Positions 21,896-32,398 of a DNA stretch of 64,000 nucleotides are shown here, in pieces. The notes under the pieces were generated by a model, which was not told where the DNA came from, searched no databases, and saw only the letters and a list, made by a program, of their open reading frames with translations. The position numbers and the translations under genes were made by a program. This DNA is from Candidatus Omnitrophota bacterium. GTDB taxonomy: Bacteria; Omnitrophota; Gorgyraeia; Duberdicusellales; 4484-171. The stretch is taken from contig JAQUWY010000002.1 of the NCBI GenBank assembly GCA_028692655.1, forward strand, positions 34,851-98,850. Reading direction: 5' to 3'. Every line of letters starts with the position of its first letter. Position 1 is the first letter of the stretch.

Positions 21896-23235
21896 CTAAT
21901 ATATTCAAAGTCCGGGAACTTAAACGGAAAATCTTTGTTACGCTTTCCTTGCTGATTGTGTATCGTGCTGGTTGTTTTATACCTACAGCGGGAGTTAATA
22001 CTTTTGCTCTTTCTCAGTTTTTTGATAAGATTGCCAAAACTCAGGGCCAGACACTTTTGGGAATGGTTAACCTATTTACTGGAGGAGCCCTGACGAGACT
22101 GAGTATTTTTGCTTTAGGAATAATGCCTTATATTTCAGCCTCGATTATTATGCAGCTTCTGACTGCGGTTGTTCCAGCCTTGGAGCGTATTGCCAAGGAG
22201 GGTAAGGCAGGGTATGAGAAAATAAACCAATATACCCGCTACTTGACATTTGCGCTTTGTGCGATACAAGGTTTTTTCATTTCTAGCTGGCTGTCCAATG
22301 AAAACAATTTCCAAGGTATACAAGTTGTGGCTAACCCAGGGATATTGTTTACATTTACGACAATCATAACACTTACAGCCGGAACTATTTTTATAATGTG
22401 GCTGGGAGAACAAATTCAGGAAAGAGGAATCGGCAATGGGATTTCAATAATTATCACCGCAAGTATTATATCGAGAATTCCTTCGTCAGTGTATCAGTTG
22501 TGGATACTTTATTCTCCCTTTGATGCCGCTAAGCGGCAGATATCTACACCGGTTGTTTTATTCTTGATAATATTATGGTTCTTAATGGTTATGGCGGTCG
22601 TTCTTTTTACGCAAGCTCAAAGAAGGGTGCCGATACAGTACGGAAGAAGAGTGGTGGGACGCAGGATTCACGGCGGGCAAAGTACATATCTGCCTATAAA
22701 AGTAGATATGTCCGGAGTTATAGCTATTATTTTTGCCAGCAGTGTGCTTGCATTCCCAGCGACAATCTCCATGTTCTTGCCGCGAACGGTAAAATTATTC
22801 GCGTTTATGCAGAATATAACCCAACAGAGAGGGATTTGGTACAACTTGATATATGTCGGGTTGATTATGTTTTTTATGTATTTTTATACGGCTATGGTTT
22901 TTAATCCTTTGGAAATATCTAACAATCTTAAGAAATACGGGGGGTTTATTCCGGGGATACGCCCGGGAAAACCAACTGCTAATTATCTTGATTTTGTAGC
23001 TACCAGAATTGTTTTTATTGGAGCGGTTTACATAGGTGCTATTGCTATTTTTCCTAATTTTGTCATGTATATGTTCAGAGTGCCTTCTTATGCCCTGGCT
23101 TCTTTGTTTGGAGGGACTACTCTTTTGATTATGGTCGGTGTAGTTTTGGATACAATGAAACAGATTGAAGGGCAATTATTGATTCGTCATTATGATGGTT
23201 TTATCAAAGGCGGAACGCTGAAAGGAAGAAAATAA
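21880..23235 (+). CDS. secY: preprotein translocase SecY
   Basis: 451 aa polytopic membrane protein. Conserved SecY blocks (ALGIMPYISASIIMQLL; GEQIQERGIGNGISIII). Confidence 0.95.
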   Translation: MFESVTNIFKVRELKRKIFVTLSLLIVYRAGCFIPTAGVNTFALSQFFDKIAKTQGQTLLGMVNLFTGGALTRLSIFALGIMPYISASIIMQLLTAVVPALERIAKEGKAGYEKINQYTRYLTFALCAIQGFFISSWLSNENNFQGIQVVANPGILFTFTTIITLTAGTIFIMWLGEQIQERGIGNGISIIITASIISRIPSSVYQLWILYSPFDAAKRQISTPVVLFLIILWFLMVMAVVLFTQAQRRVPIQYGRRVVGRRIHGGQSTYLPIKVDMSGVIAIIFASSVLAFPATISMFLPRTVKLFAFMQNITQQRGIWYNLIYVGLIMFFMYFYTAMVFNPLEISNNLKKYGGFIPGIRPGKPTANYLDFVATRIVFIGAVYIGAIAIFPNFVMYMFRVPSYALASLFGGTTLLIMVGVVLDTMKQIEGQLLIRHYDGFIKGGTLKGRK

Positions 23236-23238
23236 AAG

Positions 23239-23877
23239 ATGAAAGATGATATAAAAATAATTCTTTTCGGAGCTCCAGGCTCAGGCAAGGGAACTCAAGC
23301 TGTGGTCTTAGCACAGCGTTTGGGCATAAAAAGAATTTCTCTGGGCGATATATTACGTGATGAAGTGAAGAAGCAAACCTCCCTTGGTTTAGAAGTTAAA
23401 GGATATATGGAAAAGGGATTGCTCGTTCCCGATGAACTGGTTTCTAGAGTCATAGAAGAAAACATTGACCGTCAGGGATTTATTCTCGATGGTTACCCAC
23501 GCACTCTCAACCAAGCTAAAGCCTTGGATGAGATTTTAGGTAAACATAGCATAGATATTGATGCTTTCGTTGTTTTAGATGTCGATGAAGAAACGGTTAT
23601 TAACCGTCTTTCTAAAAGAAGGGTATGTAAGGCTTGTGGAGCTGTTTATCATTTAATCAATATGCCTTCTAAGGTTGAAGGTGTGTGTGATGTTTGCGGC
23701 GGAGAGCTTATACAGCGTAAAGATGATAATATGGAAGTAATCAAAAAACGCTGGGAGGTTTTCAATAAAGAAAATAAGCCTCTCCTTGACTTTTATCAGG
23801 AGAAAGGAAAGGTTTTTTCCTTGGATGGCCGTAAAGACAAAGATGAGGTCTTTGAGCAGTTAGCTAAAGAGTTATAA
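23239..23877 (+). CDS. adk: adenylate kinase, zinc-lid type
   Basis: 212 aa. P-loop GAPGSGKGTQA. LID has CKACG...CDVCGG. Confidence 0.95.
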   Translation: MKDDIKIILFGAPGSGKGTQAVVLAQRLGIKRISLGDILRDEVKKQTSLGLEVKGYMEKGLLVPDELVSRVIEENIDRQGFILDGYPRTLNQAKALDEILGKHSIDIDAFVVLDVDEETVINRLSKRRVCKACGAVYHLINMPSKVEGVCDVCGGELIQRKDDNMEVIKKRWEVFNKENKPLLDFYQEKGKVFSLDGRKDKDEVFEQLAKEL

Positions 23878-24627
23878 ATGCCTAAGCCTTTAACCCAAGA
23901 TGAACTTGTAACTATGCGTAAGGCGGGCGTGGTTGCGTCAGCTATTTTGAAAAAAATCGGCCGCTTTGTTAAACCCGGTGTTACCACTAAGGAAATTGAG
24001 TTTTTTTTTGACCGGGAACTTGCTAAACATAAAGGCATGGCCGCGGCGTTTAAAGGATTTATGGGGTATCCCGCGAGTTGTTGCATCTCGGTTAATGAGG
24101 AAGTTATCCACGGTATCCCTTGCGAGAACAGAGTTCTTGAAAACGGCGATCTGGTCAGCGTGGATATTGGTATAGAGTATAAAGGCCTTTTCGTTGATAC
24201 TGCCTGCACTTATGGTGTGGGGAAATTGGCAGGCAAAGCCAGACAGTTGCGAGAAACAACGTTATGTTCTTTGAATAAAGGTATAAAAGCCGCCAGAGCC
24301 GGGGCAACTATCGGTGATATTGGTTTTGCAGTTCAAGATACTGTTGAACGCAAAGGTTTTTCGGTAATAAGGCGCTTTGTGGGCCATGGGATAGGAAGGA
24401 GCTTACATTTGCCACCTGAGGTGCCTAATTTTGGCCAGAAACATCAGGGAGAAAAATTGCTGGAAGGCTACGCCATAGCAATTGAGCCTATGGTTTGTGA
24501 AGGCGGTTTTGATGTAGAAATTTTGGAAGATGGTTGGACCGCCAGGACAAAAGACGGTTTACTGTCGGCTCATTTTGAGCACACTGTAGCTGTTACTAAA
24601 AAAGGGCCGTGGGTACTAACACAGTAA
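23878..24627 (+). CDS. map: methionine aminopeptidase type I
   Basis: 249 aa with the pita-bread fold metal ligands (VDIGIEYKG..D; HGIGRSLHLPPEVPNF; EPMV). Confidence 0.93.
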   Translation: MPKPLTQDELVTMRKAGVVASAILKKIGRFVKPGVTTKEIEFFFDRELAKHKGMAAAFKGFMGYPASCCISVNEEVIHGIPCENRVLENGDLVSVDIGIEYKGLFVDTACTYGVGKLAGKARQLRETTLCSLNKGIKAARAGATIGDIGFAVQDTVERKGFSVIRRFVGHGIGRSLHLPPEVPNFGQKHQGEKLLEGYAIAIEPMVCEGGFDVEILEDGWTARTKDGLLSAHFEHTVAVTKKGPWVLTQ

Positions 24628-24713
24628 GATAAGAATAGCGGTTGTGGGTTTATGGTAATTGAGAACCCCAAGAGAAACTAAAAATTTTTAGTTGTGAGCC
24701 TAAAAGTGAAATT

Positions 24714-24932
24714 ATGGCAAAAGAAAGTTTAATTGAAGTCGAAGGGGAGATAGTAGAAACACTGCCGAATGCTATGTTTCGGGTAAAATTGGACAATGGC
24801 CATATAGCTCTTGCGCATGTTTCAGGTAAAATGCGTATGCATTTTATCAGGATTTTACCCGGGGATAGAGTTAAACTTGAATTATCCCCCTATGATTTAT
24901 CTAGGGGCAGGATAACATACAGGCAAAAATAG
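24714..24932 (+). CDS. infA: translation initiation factor IF-1
   Basis: 72 aa. [29 protein letters not shown] is an S1-like fold. Confidence 0.95.
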   Translation: MAKESLIEVEGEIVETLPNAMFRVKLDNGHIALAHVSGKMRMHFIRILPGDRVKLELSPYDLSRGRITYRQK

Positions 24933-24973
24933 GTTTCTTAACCGGTATCCTGAACCCTTTAGAGGAAAATAAA

Positions 24974-25087
24974 ATGAAAGTAAAAGCTTCAGTCAAAAAA
25001 ATTTGTGACAAATGCAAAATAATCAAAAGAAAAAGAGTTACTAGGGTTATTTGCAAGAATCCTAAGCACAAGCAGCGTCAGGGGTAA
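24974..25087 (+). CDS. rpmJ: 50S ribosomal protein L36
   Basis: Absent from the ORF track because it is under 60 aa. [37 protein letters not shown] (37 aa) carries the L36 C-x2-C-x12-C-x4-H zinc ribbon. RBS AGAGGAAAA. Confidence 0.92.
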   Translation: MKVKASVKKICDKCKIIKRKRVTRVICKNPKHKQRQG

Positions 25088-25120
25088 CCCTAATCTGCAA
25101 TAAAAAAAGAGGAGATTAGA

Positions 25121-25489
25121 ATGCCAAGGATTTTCGGTGTAGACATTCCTAAAAATAAAAAGATTAGAATAGCCTTGCAGTATATATACGGCATAGGGCC
25201 TAAGAAATCTCTACAGGTTTTAAAGGCTAACGGTATTGATCCTGAAAAAAGAGCTTCTGAATTGAGCGATGAAGAGGTTTCTCAGGTTGCTTCTTTTGTT
25301 CAATCTAGTTTTCGGGTTGAGGGAGAGCTGCGTAGAGAAATTTCTCAGAATATAAGAAGGCTTGTCGAAATAAGTTCTTACCGAGGTTCGCGTCACAAAA
25401 AAGGCCTCCCTGTCAGAGGCCAGAGAACACGCTGTAATGCCCGGACACGTAAAGGCCCGAAGCCAAGGGTGGGGGGAATCAAGAGATAA
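25121..25489 (+). CDS. rpsM: 30S ribosomal protein S13
   Basis: 122 aa. PRIFGVDIPKNKKI and a C-terminal basic tail. Confidence 0.94.
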   Translation: MPRIFGVDIPKNKKIRIALQYIYGIGPKKSLQVLKANGIDPEKRASELSDEEVSQVASFVQSSFRVEGELRREISQNIRRLVEISSYRGSRHKKGLPVRGQRTRCNARTRKGPKPRVGGIKR

Positions 25490-25537
25490 ACTTTGTTTTA
25501 ATGCAAAGAGATAGAAGTTTTGAAATAAGGAGATCTA

Positions 25538-25930
25538 ATGGTTAAGAAAAAAAGAAAGGAAAAAAGAAAAAAGATACAACTATCTTCAACTATCGGGGTG
25601 GCTCACATAAAAGCCACTTTTAACAATACTATAATTTCTATCAGTGATCTAAAAGGCAATGTCCTTGCCTGGGCTTCAGCAGGCGGCGTAGGCTTTAAAG
25701 GGGCAAAAAAGTCGACTCCTTATGCCGCCCAAATGGCTTCCTTAAGCGTGGCCAGGCAGGTTAAAGATATGGGTTTAAGTGAGGTTGAGGTCCTGGTTAA
25801 AGGGCCGGGGCCGGGAAGAGAATCTGCTATACGTTCCCTGCAGTCAGCGGGTTTAAGTGTAAAGAAGATAAAAGATATAACACCGGTTCCGCATAACGGT
25901 TGCCGTCCTAAAAAGAAAAGACGAGTTTAA
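25538..25930 (+). CDS. rpsK: 30S ribosomal protein S11
   Basis: 130 aa. [21 protein letters not shown] and the C-terminal [15 protein letters not shown]. Confidence 0.95.
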   Translation: MVKKKRKEKRKKIQLSSTIGVAHIKATFNNTIISISDLKGNVLAWASAGGVGFKGAKKSTPYAAQMASLSVARQVKDMGLSEVEVLVKGPGPGRESAIRSLQSAGLSVKKIKDITPVPHNGCRPKKKRRV

Positions 25931-25958
25931 AAGGCCAATAAAAATAAAGAGGTAGAGA

Positions 25959-26591
25959 ATGGGTAGATATGTAGAAGCAAAATGCAGGCTGTGCCGGCGG
26001 GCCGGTATGAAATTATTTCTAAAAGGTAATCGCTGTGCGACAGAAAAATGTTCTTTCGCCAAGAGGCCGACTCCTCCTGGAGTACACGGAGCCAGAAGAA
26101 ATGCTAAACCGACTTATTATGCTTTGCAGTTGAGAGAAAAGCAGAAGGTAAAGCGTATGTACGGTATGCTTGAAAGGCAATTTAAACGTTTTTTTGTAAT
26201 TGCCAACCGGACGAAAGGAGCCACTGGAAGGACGCTTATCCAACTTTTGGAAAGAAGGCTCGATAATGTTATTTTTAGATCCTTATTTGCTGTTTCCCGT
26301 AATCAGGCTAGGCAGTTTGTCAATCATGGCCTGGTGTTTGTCGATGGCAAACGCGTCAATATACCTTCTTATATCGTGAAAGAAAGTCAAGCTATTGAAG
26401 TTAAAGCTACTGAAAAACAAAAGCAGATTATAAAAGAGAACATTGAAGCCAGTATAAAAGAACGCAGTGTCCCTACCTGGTTGAAGGTAGAAAAAGATTC
26501 TCTTGGGGTCAACGTAATTCGTTTGCCTGAGAAAGAAGACCTTATTATATCGGTTGATGAACAGCTGATAGTGGAACTTTACTCAAAATAA
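25959..26591 (+). CDS. rpsD: 30S ribosomal protein S4
   Basis: 210 aa. MGRYVEAKCRLCRR (zinc-finger type), then an S4 domain. Confidence 0.94.
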   Translation: MGRYVEAKCRLCRRAGMKLFLKGNRCATEKCSFAKRPTPPGVHGARRNAKPTYYALQLREKQKVKRMYGMLERQFKRFFVIANRTKGATGRTLIQLLERRLDNVIFRSLFAVSRNQARQFVNHGLVFVDGKRVNIPSYIVKESQAIEVKATEKQKQIIKENIEASIKERSVPTWLKVEKDSLGVNVIRLPEKEDLIISVDEQLIVELYSK

Positions 26592-26691
26592 TAGAGTTGA
26601 AGATTTCAAACATTTTTTGTTTACACTCGGAATTAATTTGATTTGTAATTTTTTTAGAAAAATTACAAGCTTCATTTAAGGAGGTAAAAAG

Positions 26692-27681
26692 ATGGGAATA
26701 ACTTGGCGAGATTTTCAGTTTCCTAAGCGGGCAACAGTAGAACAGGAAACTTATAGCCCAAATTATGGAAAAATTATTGCCGAACCTCTGGAAAGAGGTT
26801 ACGGGGTTACTTTGGGAAATGCTTTGCGGCGGGTTCTTCTCTCTTCAATTGAAGGTGCTGCAGTTACCTCTATCAGGGTTGAAGGGGTGTCCCATGAGTT
26901 TTCAACTATCGAAGGAGTCTTAGAAGATGTCCCTGAAATCATTTTGAATATTAAAAATCTGGTTCTACGTTCTTACTCCCGTTCACCTAAAAAAATATAC
27001 ATAAAGGCCCAAGGTGAGAAAGAAGTTACCGCTAAAGATGTAGTTACTGATGAGACCATAGAAGTTATTAATCCTGATTTACATATTGCTACCATAACTA
27101 ATAGCAAAATAAAACTTGAGATAGAGATGGAAGTCGGCAGAGGCAGAGGGTTTGTTCCGGCTGAGGCCAACAAACGCGAAGGTATGCCGATAGGAGTTAT
27201 TCCCATTGACTCTATATTTACTCCTGTAAGCCGCGTGGCTTTTAAGGTTGAAAATACCCGGGTGGGTAAAAGAACCGATTACGATAAGCTCATTCTGGAG
27301 ATATTTACCAATGCCAGTATTGAGCCGAAAGAAGCTTTGATTTATGCGGCCAAGGTTCTTAGTAAACATCTTGAACTATTCTTTACTTTGGGAGAGCTGC
27401 CTGAAGAGGAGTATGAAGAATTGACTCCGGAAGAATCCGCTTTATATGAAAAGCTAAGGATACCCGTTTCGGAACTTGAGCTGTCTGTCCGTAGCAGTAA
27501 TTGCCTTAGAGAAGCCAACATTAAGACTTTGGCGGAATTGGTTGAAAAAACCGAACCAGAGATACTTGCCTATCGCAACTTCGGTAAAAAATCTTTGAAT
27601 GAGGTTTCGGCACTACTGAAAACTATGGGGCTTTCTTTTGGCATGAAGATTGATAAAAGCAAATTGACAGGGATATCATGA
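26692..27681 (+). CDS. rpoA: DNA-directed RNA polymerase alpha subunit
   Basis: 329 aa. NTD GYGVTLGNALRRVLLSS. The CTD is identifiable (ELSVRSSNCLREANI). Confidence 0.95.
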   Translation: MGITWRDFQFPKRATVEQETYSPNYGKIIAEPLERGYGVTLGNALRRVLLSSIEGAAVTSIRVEGVSHEFSTIEGVLEDVPEIILNIKNLVLRSYSRSPKKIYIKAQGEKEVTAKDVVTDETIEVINPDLHIATITNSKIKLEIEMEVGRGRGFVPAEANKREGMPIGVIPIDSIFTPVSRVAFKVENTRVGKRTDYDKLILEIFTNASIEPKEALIYAAKVLSKHLELFFTLGELPEEEYEELTPEESALYEKLRIPVSELELSVRSSNCLREANIKTLAELVEKTEPEILAYRNFGKKSLNEVSALLKTMGLSFGMKIDKSKLTGIS

Positions 27682-28193
27682 GACACAGAAAAAAAAGTGA
27701 AAAATTATCACGTTCTTGTTCACAACGCAAAGCATTGGTTAGATCACTGCTTAGGGCTGTAGTTATAAACGAAAGAATAATTACTACAACTTCTAAAGCG
27801 AAGTATCTCAGAGGCCGGACTGATGAGCTGATTACTTTAGCCAAGAAGGCTTCTCTTTCGGCTAAGCGGTCTGCTTACCGCTTGCTTCAGGATCACAAAT
27901 TAGTAACCAGGTTATTCGAGGTCCTGGGGCCTAAGTATAAAAGCGTGCAGGGAGGCTATACTCGTGTTTTAAATCTGGGGCCGCGTAAGGGCGATGGAGC
28001 TAATCTCTCTATATTGGAATTTACCAAGATGACTCCTAAAGCTAAGCCGTTACAGGACAAACAAAGCTCTAAACACTCTAAAATTTCGGAGAAATCTCAG
28101 GTTAAAAAAGCCCCCAAAAAAGAAGTTAAGCCTAAAAAAGGCATAATGTCGGGAATGAAGAAGATTTTTAAAAAGGAAAGAGATTCCCTTTGA
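27678..28193 (+). CDS. rplQ: 50S ribosomal protein L17, with Lys-rich C-terminal extension
   Basis: 171 aa. MRHRKKSEKLSRS start. L17 core plus a ~50-aa K-rich tail. Confidence 0.92.
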   Translation: MRHRKKSEKLSRSCSQRKALVRSLLRAVVINERIITTTSKAKYLRGRTDELITLAKKASLSAKRSAYRLLQDHKLVTRLFEVLGPKYKSVQGGYTRVLNLGPRKGDGANLSILEFTKMTPKAKPLQDKQSSKHSKISEKSQVKKAPKKEVKPKKGIMSGMKKIFKKERDSL

Positions 28194-28296
28194 TATTATT
28201 TTATCGAGGTTTCCAAAGCCTCGAAGAGTAAAGGCTTTACCAGGCAAAACTTAAACTCCATTTGCTTTGTCTGGTATTTAATGTGTATAATTAGCT

Positions 28297-29451
28297 ATGA
28301 TAAATCCGCTGGTTTCTTCTCTTAATAAGTCAGCTACATTAAAGATTACCGCTTTAACAAAAAAACTTATTAGAGATGGCCGCGATGTTGTTAATCTTGC
28401 CGCCGGTGAACCTGATTTTGATACCCCCGAATTTATAAAACAAGCTGCTATCGAAGCCATACGCAAAGGTTTTACCAAATATACTCCTTCAGCCGGAATG
28501 CTTGAACTGAGAGAGGCTATAGCAGGCAAGTGCCGTCAAGAGAATAGCTTTAAAGCGAATTCCGAAAATGTTATTGTTACCAGCGGAGCCAAGTATGCTA
28601 TTTTTGCCGCTATAATTGCTTTAGCTGGAGAGGGGAGTGAGGTTATAGTTCCTTCGCCGTACTGGGTAAGTTATCCGGAAATGATAAAATTATCCGGCAG
28701 CAAAATGGTTCCCTTGGTTTGTCCCAAAGAAAAAGGGTTTAAAATAAATCCCGCAGCCCTTGATAAAGCCATTACCGGTAAAACAAGCCTGCTTATATTA
28801 AATTATCCGGCTAATCCCACAGGGGTTACCTATTCAAAACAGGAACTTGAAGGTATATACGAGGTAGTTAAAAAACGGAAAATCTCCGTTATCAGTGACG
28901 AGATATATGAAGCGCTAGTTTATGACGGCAGAAAACATACCAGCTTTGCTTCTTTCCCGGGAGCTGATGCATTTACTGTTACTGTGGGAGGTTTCTCGAA
29001 AACTTTTTCTATGACCGGATGGCGTATGGGATATTTGGTAGCTCCGGCACAAATGGTTTCCGAGATATCCAAGATTATCGACCATACTACGTCCTGCGCG
29101 TCTTCCATCTCTCAAAAAGGAGCATTAGCCGTTTTTGGTAATACGGAATGGCCGGAATATATAAAAAATGAATTCCAGAAAAGACGGGATTTACTTTGGG
29201 AAGGATTGGCTGCTATACCGGGGCTGCAACCAATAAAAACTCAAGGGACTTTTTATATGTTTTGCGGAGTAAAAGGCACCGGGATGTCTTCAGTTGATTT
29301 TGCCACTCGCCTGTTGGATGAGCAGATGGTTTCATGTATACCGGCGGATTCTTTCAACCAACCGGATTATATCAGATTTAGTTTTTCAACCAGCTTGGAA
29401 CAGATTTCCAAGGGAATAGACAGGATAAAAGCTTTTCTAAAGAAGGCTTGA
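28297..29451 (+). CDS. class I/II pyridoxal-phosphate aminotransferase (aspartate aminotransferase-like)
   Basis: 384 aa. NLAAGEPDFDTPEFIK, SGAKYAIF, and the PLP-lysine context GFSKTFSMTGWRMGY. Confidence 0.85.
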   Translation: MINPLVSSLNKSATLKITALTKKLIRDGRDVVNLAAGEPDFDTPEFIKQAAIEAIRKGFTKYTPSAGMLELREAIAGKCRQENSFKANSENVIVTSGAKYAIFAAIIALAGEGSEVIVPSPYWVSYPEMIKLSGSKMVPLVCPKEKGFKINPAALDKAITGKTSLLILNYPANPTGVTYSKQELEGIYEVVKKRKISVISDEIYEALVYDGRKHTSFASFPGADAFTVTVGGFSKTFSMTGWRMGYLVAPAQMVSEISKIIDHTTSCASSISQKGALAVFGNTEWPEYIKNEFQKRRDLLWEGLAAIPGLQPIKTQGTFYMFCGVKGTGMSSVDFATRLLDEQMVSCIPADSFNQPDYIRFSFSTSLEQISKGIDRIKAFLKKA

Positions 29452-29503
29452 GCCTTTGTTTTCTGAGGCTGGAAAGAATTTTAGAGTAAAGAAAGGGATA
29501 ATA

Positions 29504-30757
29504 ATGGGCAAGACGATAATTGAGAAGATACTCTCTTCTCATTCAGGAAAGAAACTTTCTGCAGATGACGTTGCCATATGCAAAGTTGATTTTTGTTTTT
29601 CTCAGGATGGCACCACTTCTCTGGTTTTAGATAGCATAGTTAAATCCGGACGTAAAATAAATAAACCTAAAAAATATGCTATGTTTATTGATCATAGTAG
29701 CCCTTCTCCTAATATAGGAGTATCTTCTGTGCACTCACGCATGGCTAAGTTTTCCAGAGAAAATGGAAATTGTTTTTATGGGGTAGGCTGCGGAATTTCG
29801 CATCAATTAGCTCTCGAGAAAGGCATAGCTTATCCGGGAGCACTTATTTTGGGAGCGGATTCCCATACTTCGACGGCCGGAGCTTTAGGTGCTGCTGCGT
29901 TTGGGGTGGGTTCGACTGATTTGGCTATAACTTTGACTACTGGTAAAAACTGGTTTAAAGTTCCAAAGACGATCAAGATAATAGTAAATGGCAAGCTTCC
30001 TAAAGGGGTTTACAGTAAGGACGTAATACTGCATATAATCCATACTTTAGGTGCTAACGGAGCCACATATAAATCTGTAGAGTTTTCGGGAGAGACTATA
30101 GCCGGAATGTCTATGGACGCGCGGTTTACTATTACCAATATGACTATTGAATTCGGTGCCAAATGCGGCCTTATGTCAGTGGACAAAAAAGCACAAGGCT
30201 ACCTGAAATCTAGGGGTGTAAAAAAATATAAACCTGTAAATTCAGATTCTAACTGCAATTATGAGAAGATAATCGAAATTGATGTTTCTAAACTTTCACC
30301 GTATGTGGCTAAGCCGCATACGGTTGATAACGGCTCAAGAATAGAAGATGCGGCCGGTACGCCTATAAATCAAGCTTTCCTTGGAACCTGCACTAACGGC
30401 CGAATGGAAGATCTTATCATAGGAGCCAATATTATAAAGGGTAAAAAGGTTCACAAAGACGTAAAACTTTTGGTGGCTCCGGCCTCGCGAGAAATATTTT
30501 TAAAAGCTTTGCGAAAAGGCATACTTGATATTTTTATGGAGGCGGGAGCTTTGATTTTACCGGCCGGATGCGGGCCATGTGTGGGAACTCACCAGGGAGT
30601 TCCGGCTGACGGAGAAACGGTTATTTCTACAGCTAACAGAAACTTTAAGGGCCGTATGGGAAATCCTTCCAGCTTTATATATCTGGCGTCACCGGCGACG
30701 GTGGCCGCTTCGGCCATTAAAGGAAAAATAGCAGATCCTCGTAAGTACATTCGTTAA
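29504..30757 (+). CDS. leuC: aconitase-family dehydratase large subunit (LeuC/HacA archaeal-type, 3-isopropylmalate or homoaconitate dehydratase)
   Basis: Start refined to ATG 29504 (MGKTIIEKILSSH), which has a GAAAGGGA RBS. ~417 aa, with the Fe-S ligand region GTCTNGRMED...ACGPCVG. Partnered with LeuD downstream. Confidence 0.8.
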   Translation: MGKTIIEKILSSHSGKKLSADDVAICKVDFCFSQDGTTSLVLDSIVKSGRKINKPKKYAMFIDHSSPSPNIGVSSVHSRMAKFSRENGNCFYGVGCGISHQLALEKGIAYPGALILGADSHTSTAGALGAAAFGVGSTDLAITLTTGKNWFKVPKTIKIIVNGKLPKGVYSKDVILHIIHTLGANGATYKSVEFSGETIAGMSMDARFTITNMTIEFGAKCGLMSVDKKAQGYLKSRGVKKYKPVNSDSNCNYEKIIEIDVSKLSPYVAKPHTVDNGSRIEDAAGTPINQAFLGTCTNGRMEDLIIGANIIKGKKVHKDVKLLVAPASREIFLKALRKGILDIFMEAGALILPAGCGPCVGTHQGVPADGETVISTANRNFKGRMGNPSSFIYLASPATVAASAIKGKIADPRKYIR

Positions 30758-30805
30758 GTAAGTTGAGCATAAAAAGGAGAATCTCTTATTTATTAAGGAG
30801 GCAGA

Positions 30806-31855
30806 ATGGTTACAATAAACTCTCTTTTAGAGATGACCCAGAAACTAAAAGCTAGTGATTTGCACATCACAGTTAATAATCCTCCGGTGGTCAGGATAGA
30901 CGGAAAGCTTTCTCTGGCAAAACTTCCCGTTTTTACCCAGGAGAGCTCTAAAAACATTATTTACAGCATGCTCAATGATGAACAAAAAGCTATTTTTGAA
31001 CGTGACCGCGAATTAGATTTTTCTTTTGCTCTTCCTAAAATGGACAGGTTTAGAGTTAATGTGCACATACAGAAAGGAAATGTTGAAGCTGCCTTACGCC
31101 GTGTACCCATAGAGATCCCCTCGATTAAAGACTTAGGCTTACCTGATATTGTTTATGATTTTGTAAAGAAGCCAAACGGCTTAGTCCTTGTTACCGGGCC
31201 TACCGGCACTGGGAAAAGTACTACTTTAGCTTCGATGATTGACTACATAAATAGTAAGCGTGAAGAGATGATTATATGTATTGAGGACCCGATTGAGTTT
31301 ATTTACACCAATAAAAAAAGCATTATTAAGCAGAGGGAAGTTTATGCTGATACGCATTCTTTTCCCGAGGCTTTAAAAAGAATCTTGCGCCAGGATCCGG
31401 ATGTTATCGTGGTGGGCGAGATGAGGGATTTAGATACGATTTCAACTACTTTAACTGCTGCTGAAACAGGGCACCTGGTTTTAGCTACGTTACATACGCC
31501 TGATGCTCCTCAGACAGTTCAAAGAATTATCGATGTTTTTCCGCCTCATCAACAAAGGCAGGTAACTGTGCAGCTGGCAGAGTGCCTTCAGGGTGTGCTT
31601 TCGCAGGTTCTGCTGCCCCGGGCAGATTCTGACGGAAGAATTTTGGCTACTGAAGTTATGGTATCTACTCCGGGAATAAGAAATCTTATCAGAGAAAGCG
31701 ATGTAGCCCAGATTCCTTCACTGCTTCAGATGGGTGCCCAATATGGTATGCATACTATGGATAAATGCCTTAAGGACCTTTACAGAAAAAAAATCATCAG
31801 CAAAGATGTAGCCTTAAGCAAAGTAAAGAATGTTGCGGAATTTGAAAGCCTGTAA
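30806..31855 (+). CDS. pilT: type IV pilus retraction ATPase PilT (twitching motility)
   Basis: 349 aa. Walker A GPTGTGKST, Asp box, Walker B, and PilT-specific AHLVLATLHT / GMHTMD motifs. AAGGAGG RBS. Confidence 0.9.
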   Translation: MVTINSLLEMTQKLKASDLHITVNNPPVVRIDGKLSLAKLPVFTQESSKNIIYSMLNDEQKAIFERDRELDFSFALPKMDRFRVNVHIQKGNVEAALRRVPIEIPSIKDLGLPDIVYDFVKKPNGLVLVTGPTGTGKSTTLASMIDYINSKREEMIICIEDPIEFIYTNKKSIIKQREVYADTHSFPEALKRILRQDPDVIVVGEMRDLDTISTTLTAAETGHLVLATLHTPDAPQTVQRIIDVFPPHQQRQVTVQLAECLQGVLSQVLLPRADSDGRILATEVMVSTPGIRNLIRESDVAQIPSLLQMGAQYGMHTMDKCLKDLYRKKIISKDVALSKVKNVAEFESL

Positions 31856-31898
31856 CGTGCGGATTAATGCCGGCTGAAGCAGGGAGATGGAGAGCGAG

Positions 31899-32396
31899 AT
31901 GGTAATCAAAGGCAAGATATTTAAATTTGGGGATAATATAAACACCGATTGGATTATTTCCGGCCGTTACAAATTTTCCATTACAGACATGAAGCAGCTC
32001 TCTCGGTTTCTTTTTGAAGATATTCGTCCCGGGTTTTATGATGAGTTAATTCCAAATCAGTCTATTATTGTAGCAGGAGAAAACTTCGGCATGGGCTCTT
32101 CCCGGGAACAAGCGCCTTGGGTTATTAAAGAGGCAGGAGTTCTTTGCGTGGTGGCGAAAAGTTTTGCCAGGATCTTTTATCGTAATGCTTTTAATATAGG
32201 TTTAGCGCTTATAGAAGCCGACACTTCTTCTTTTAAAGAGGCGAATGAGGCGATTATTGATTTAGATAAAGGCGCTATCGATAGTTCCGGCGCCATAATC
32301 AGGTTTAAAGCTTGGGATAATTTTAGAAAAGATTTGGTTAATTGCGGCGGAGTTATAAAGTACTTGGAAAAATATAAAGATTTTAAGGTTGGATAA
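31899..32396 (+). CDS. leuD: 3-isopropylmalate/homoaconitate dehydratase small subunit
   Basis: Start taken at ATG 31899 ([20 protein letters not shown]). LeuD swivel-domain motifs ([14 protein letters not shown]). Confidence 0.82.
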   Translation: MVIKGKIFKFGDNINTDWIISGRYKFSITDMKQLSRFLFEDIRPGFYDELIPNQSIIVAGENFGMGSSREQAPWVIKEAGVLCVVAKSFARIFYRNAFNIGLALIEADTSSFKEANEAIIDLDKGAIDSSGAIIRFKAWDNFRKDLVNCGGVIKYLEKYKDFKVG

Positions 32397-32398
32397 TT

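Noticed and set aside
22575-22904. 109-aa + strand ORF in an alternative frame within secY
   Set aside because: Out-of-frame overlap with the conserved SecY coding sequence.
28230-28296. TTGCTT-18-TATAAT promoter-like element ending 7 nt before the aminotransferase ATG
   Set aside because: It would imply a near-leaderless transcript, and spacing is suboptimal. It cannot be distinguished from chance AT-rich sequence without TSS data.
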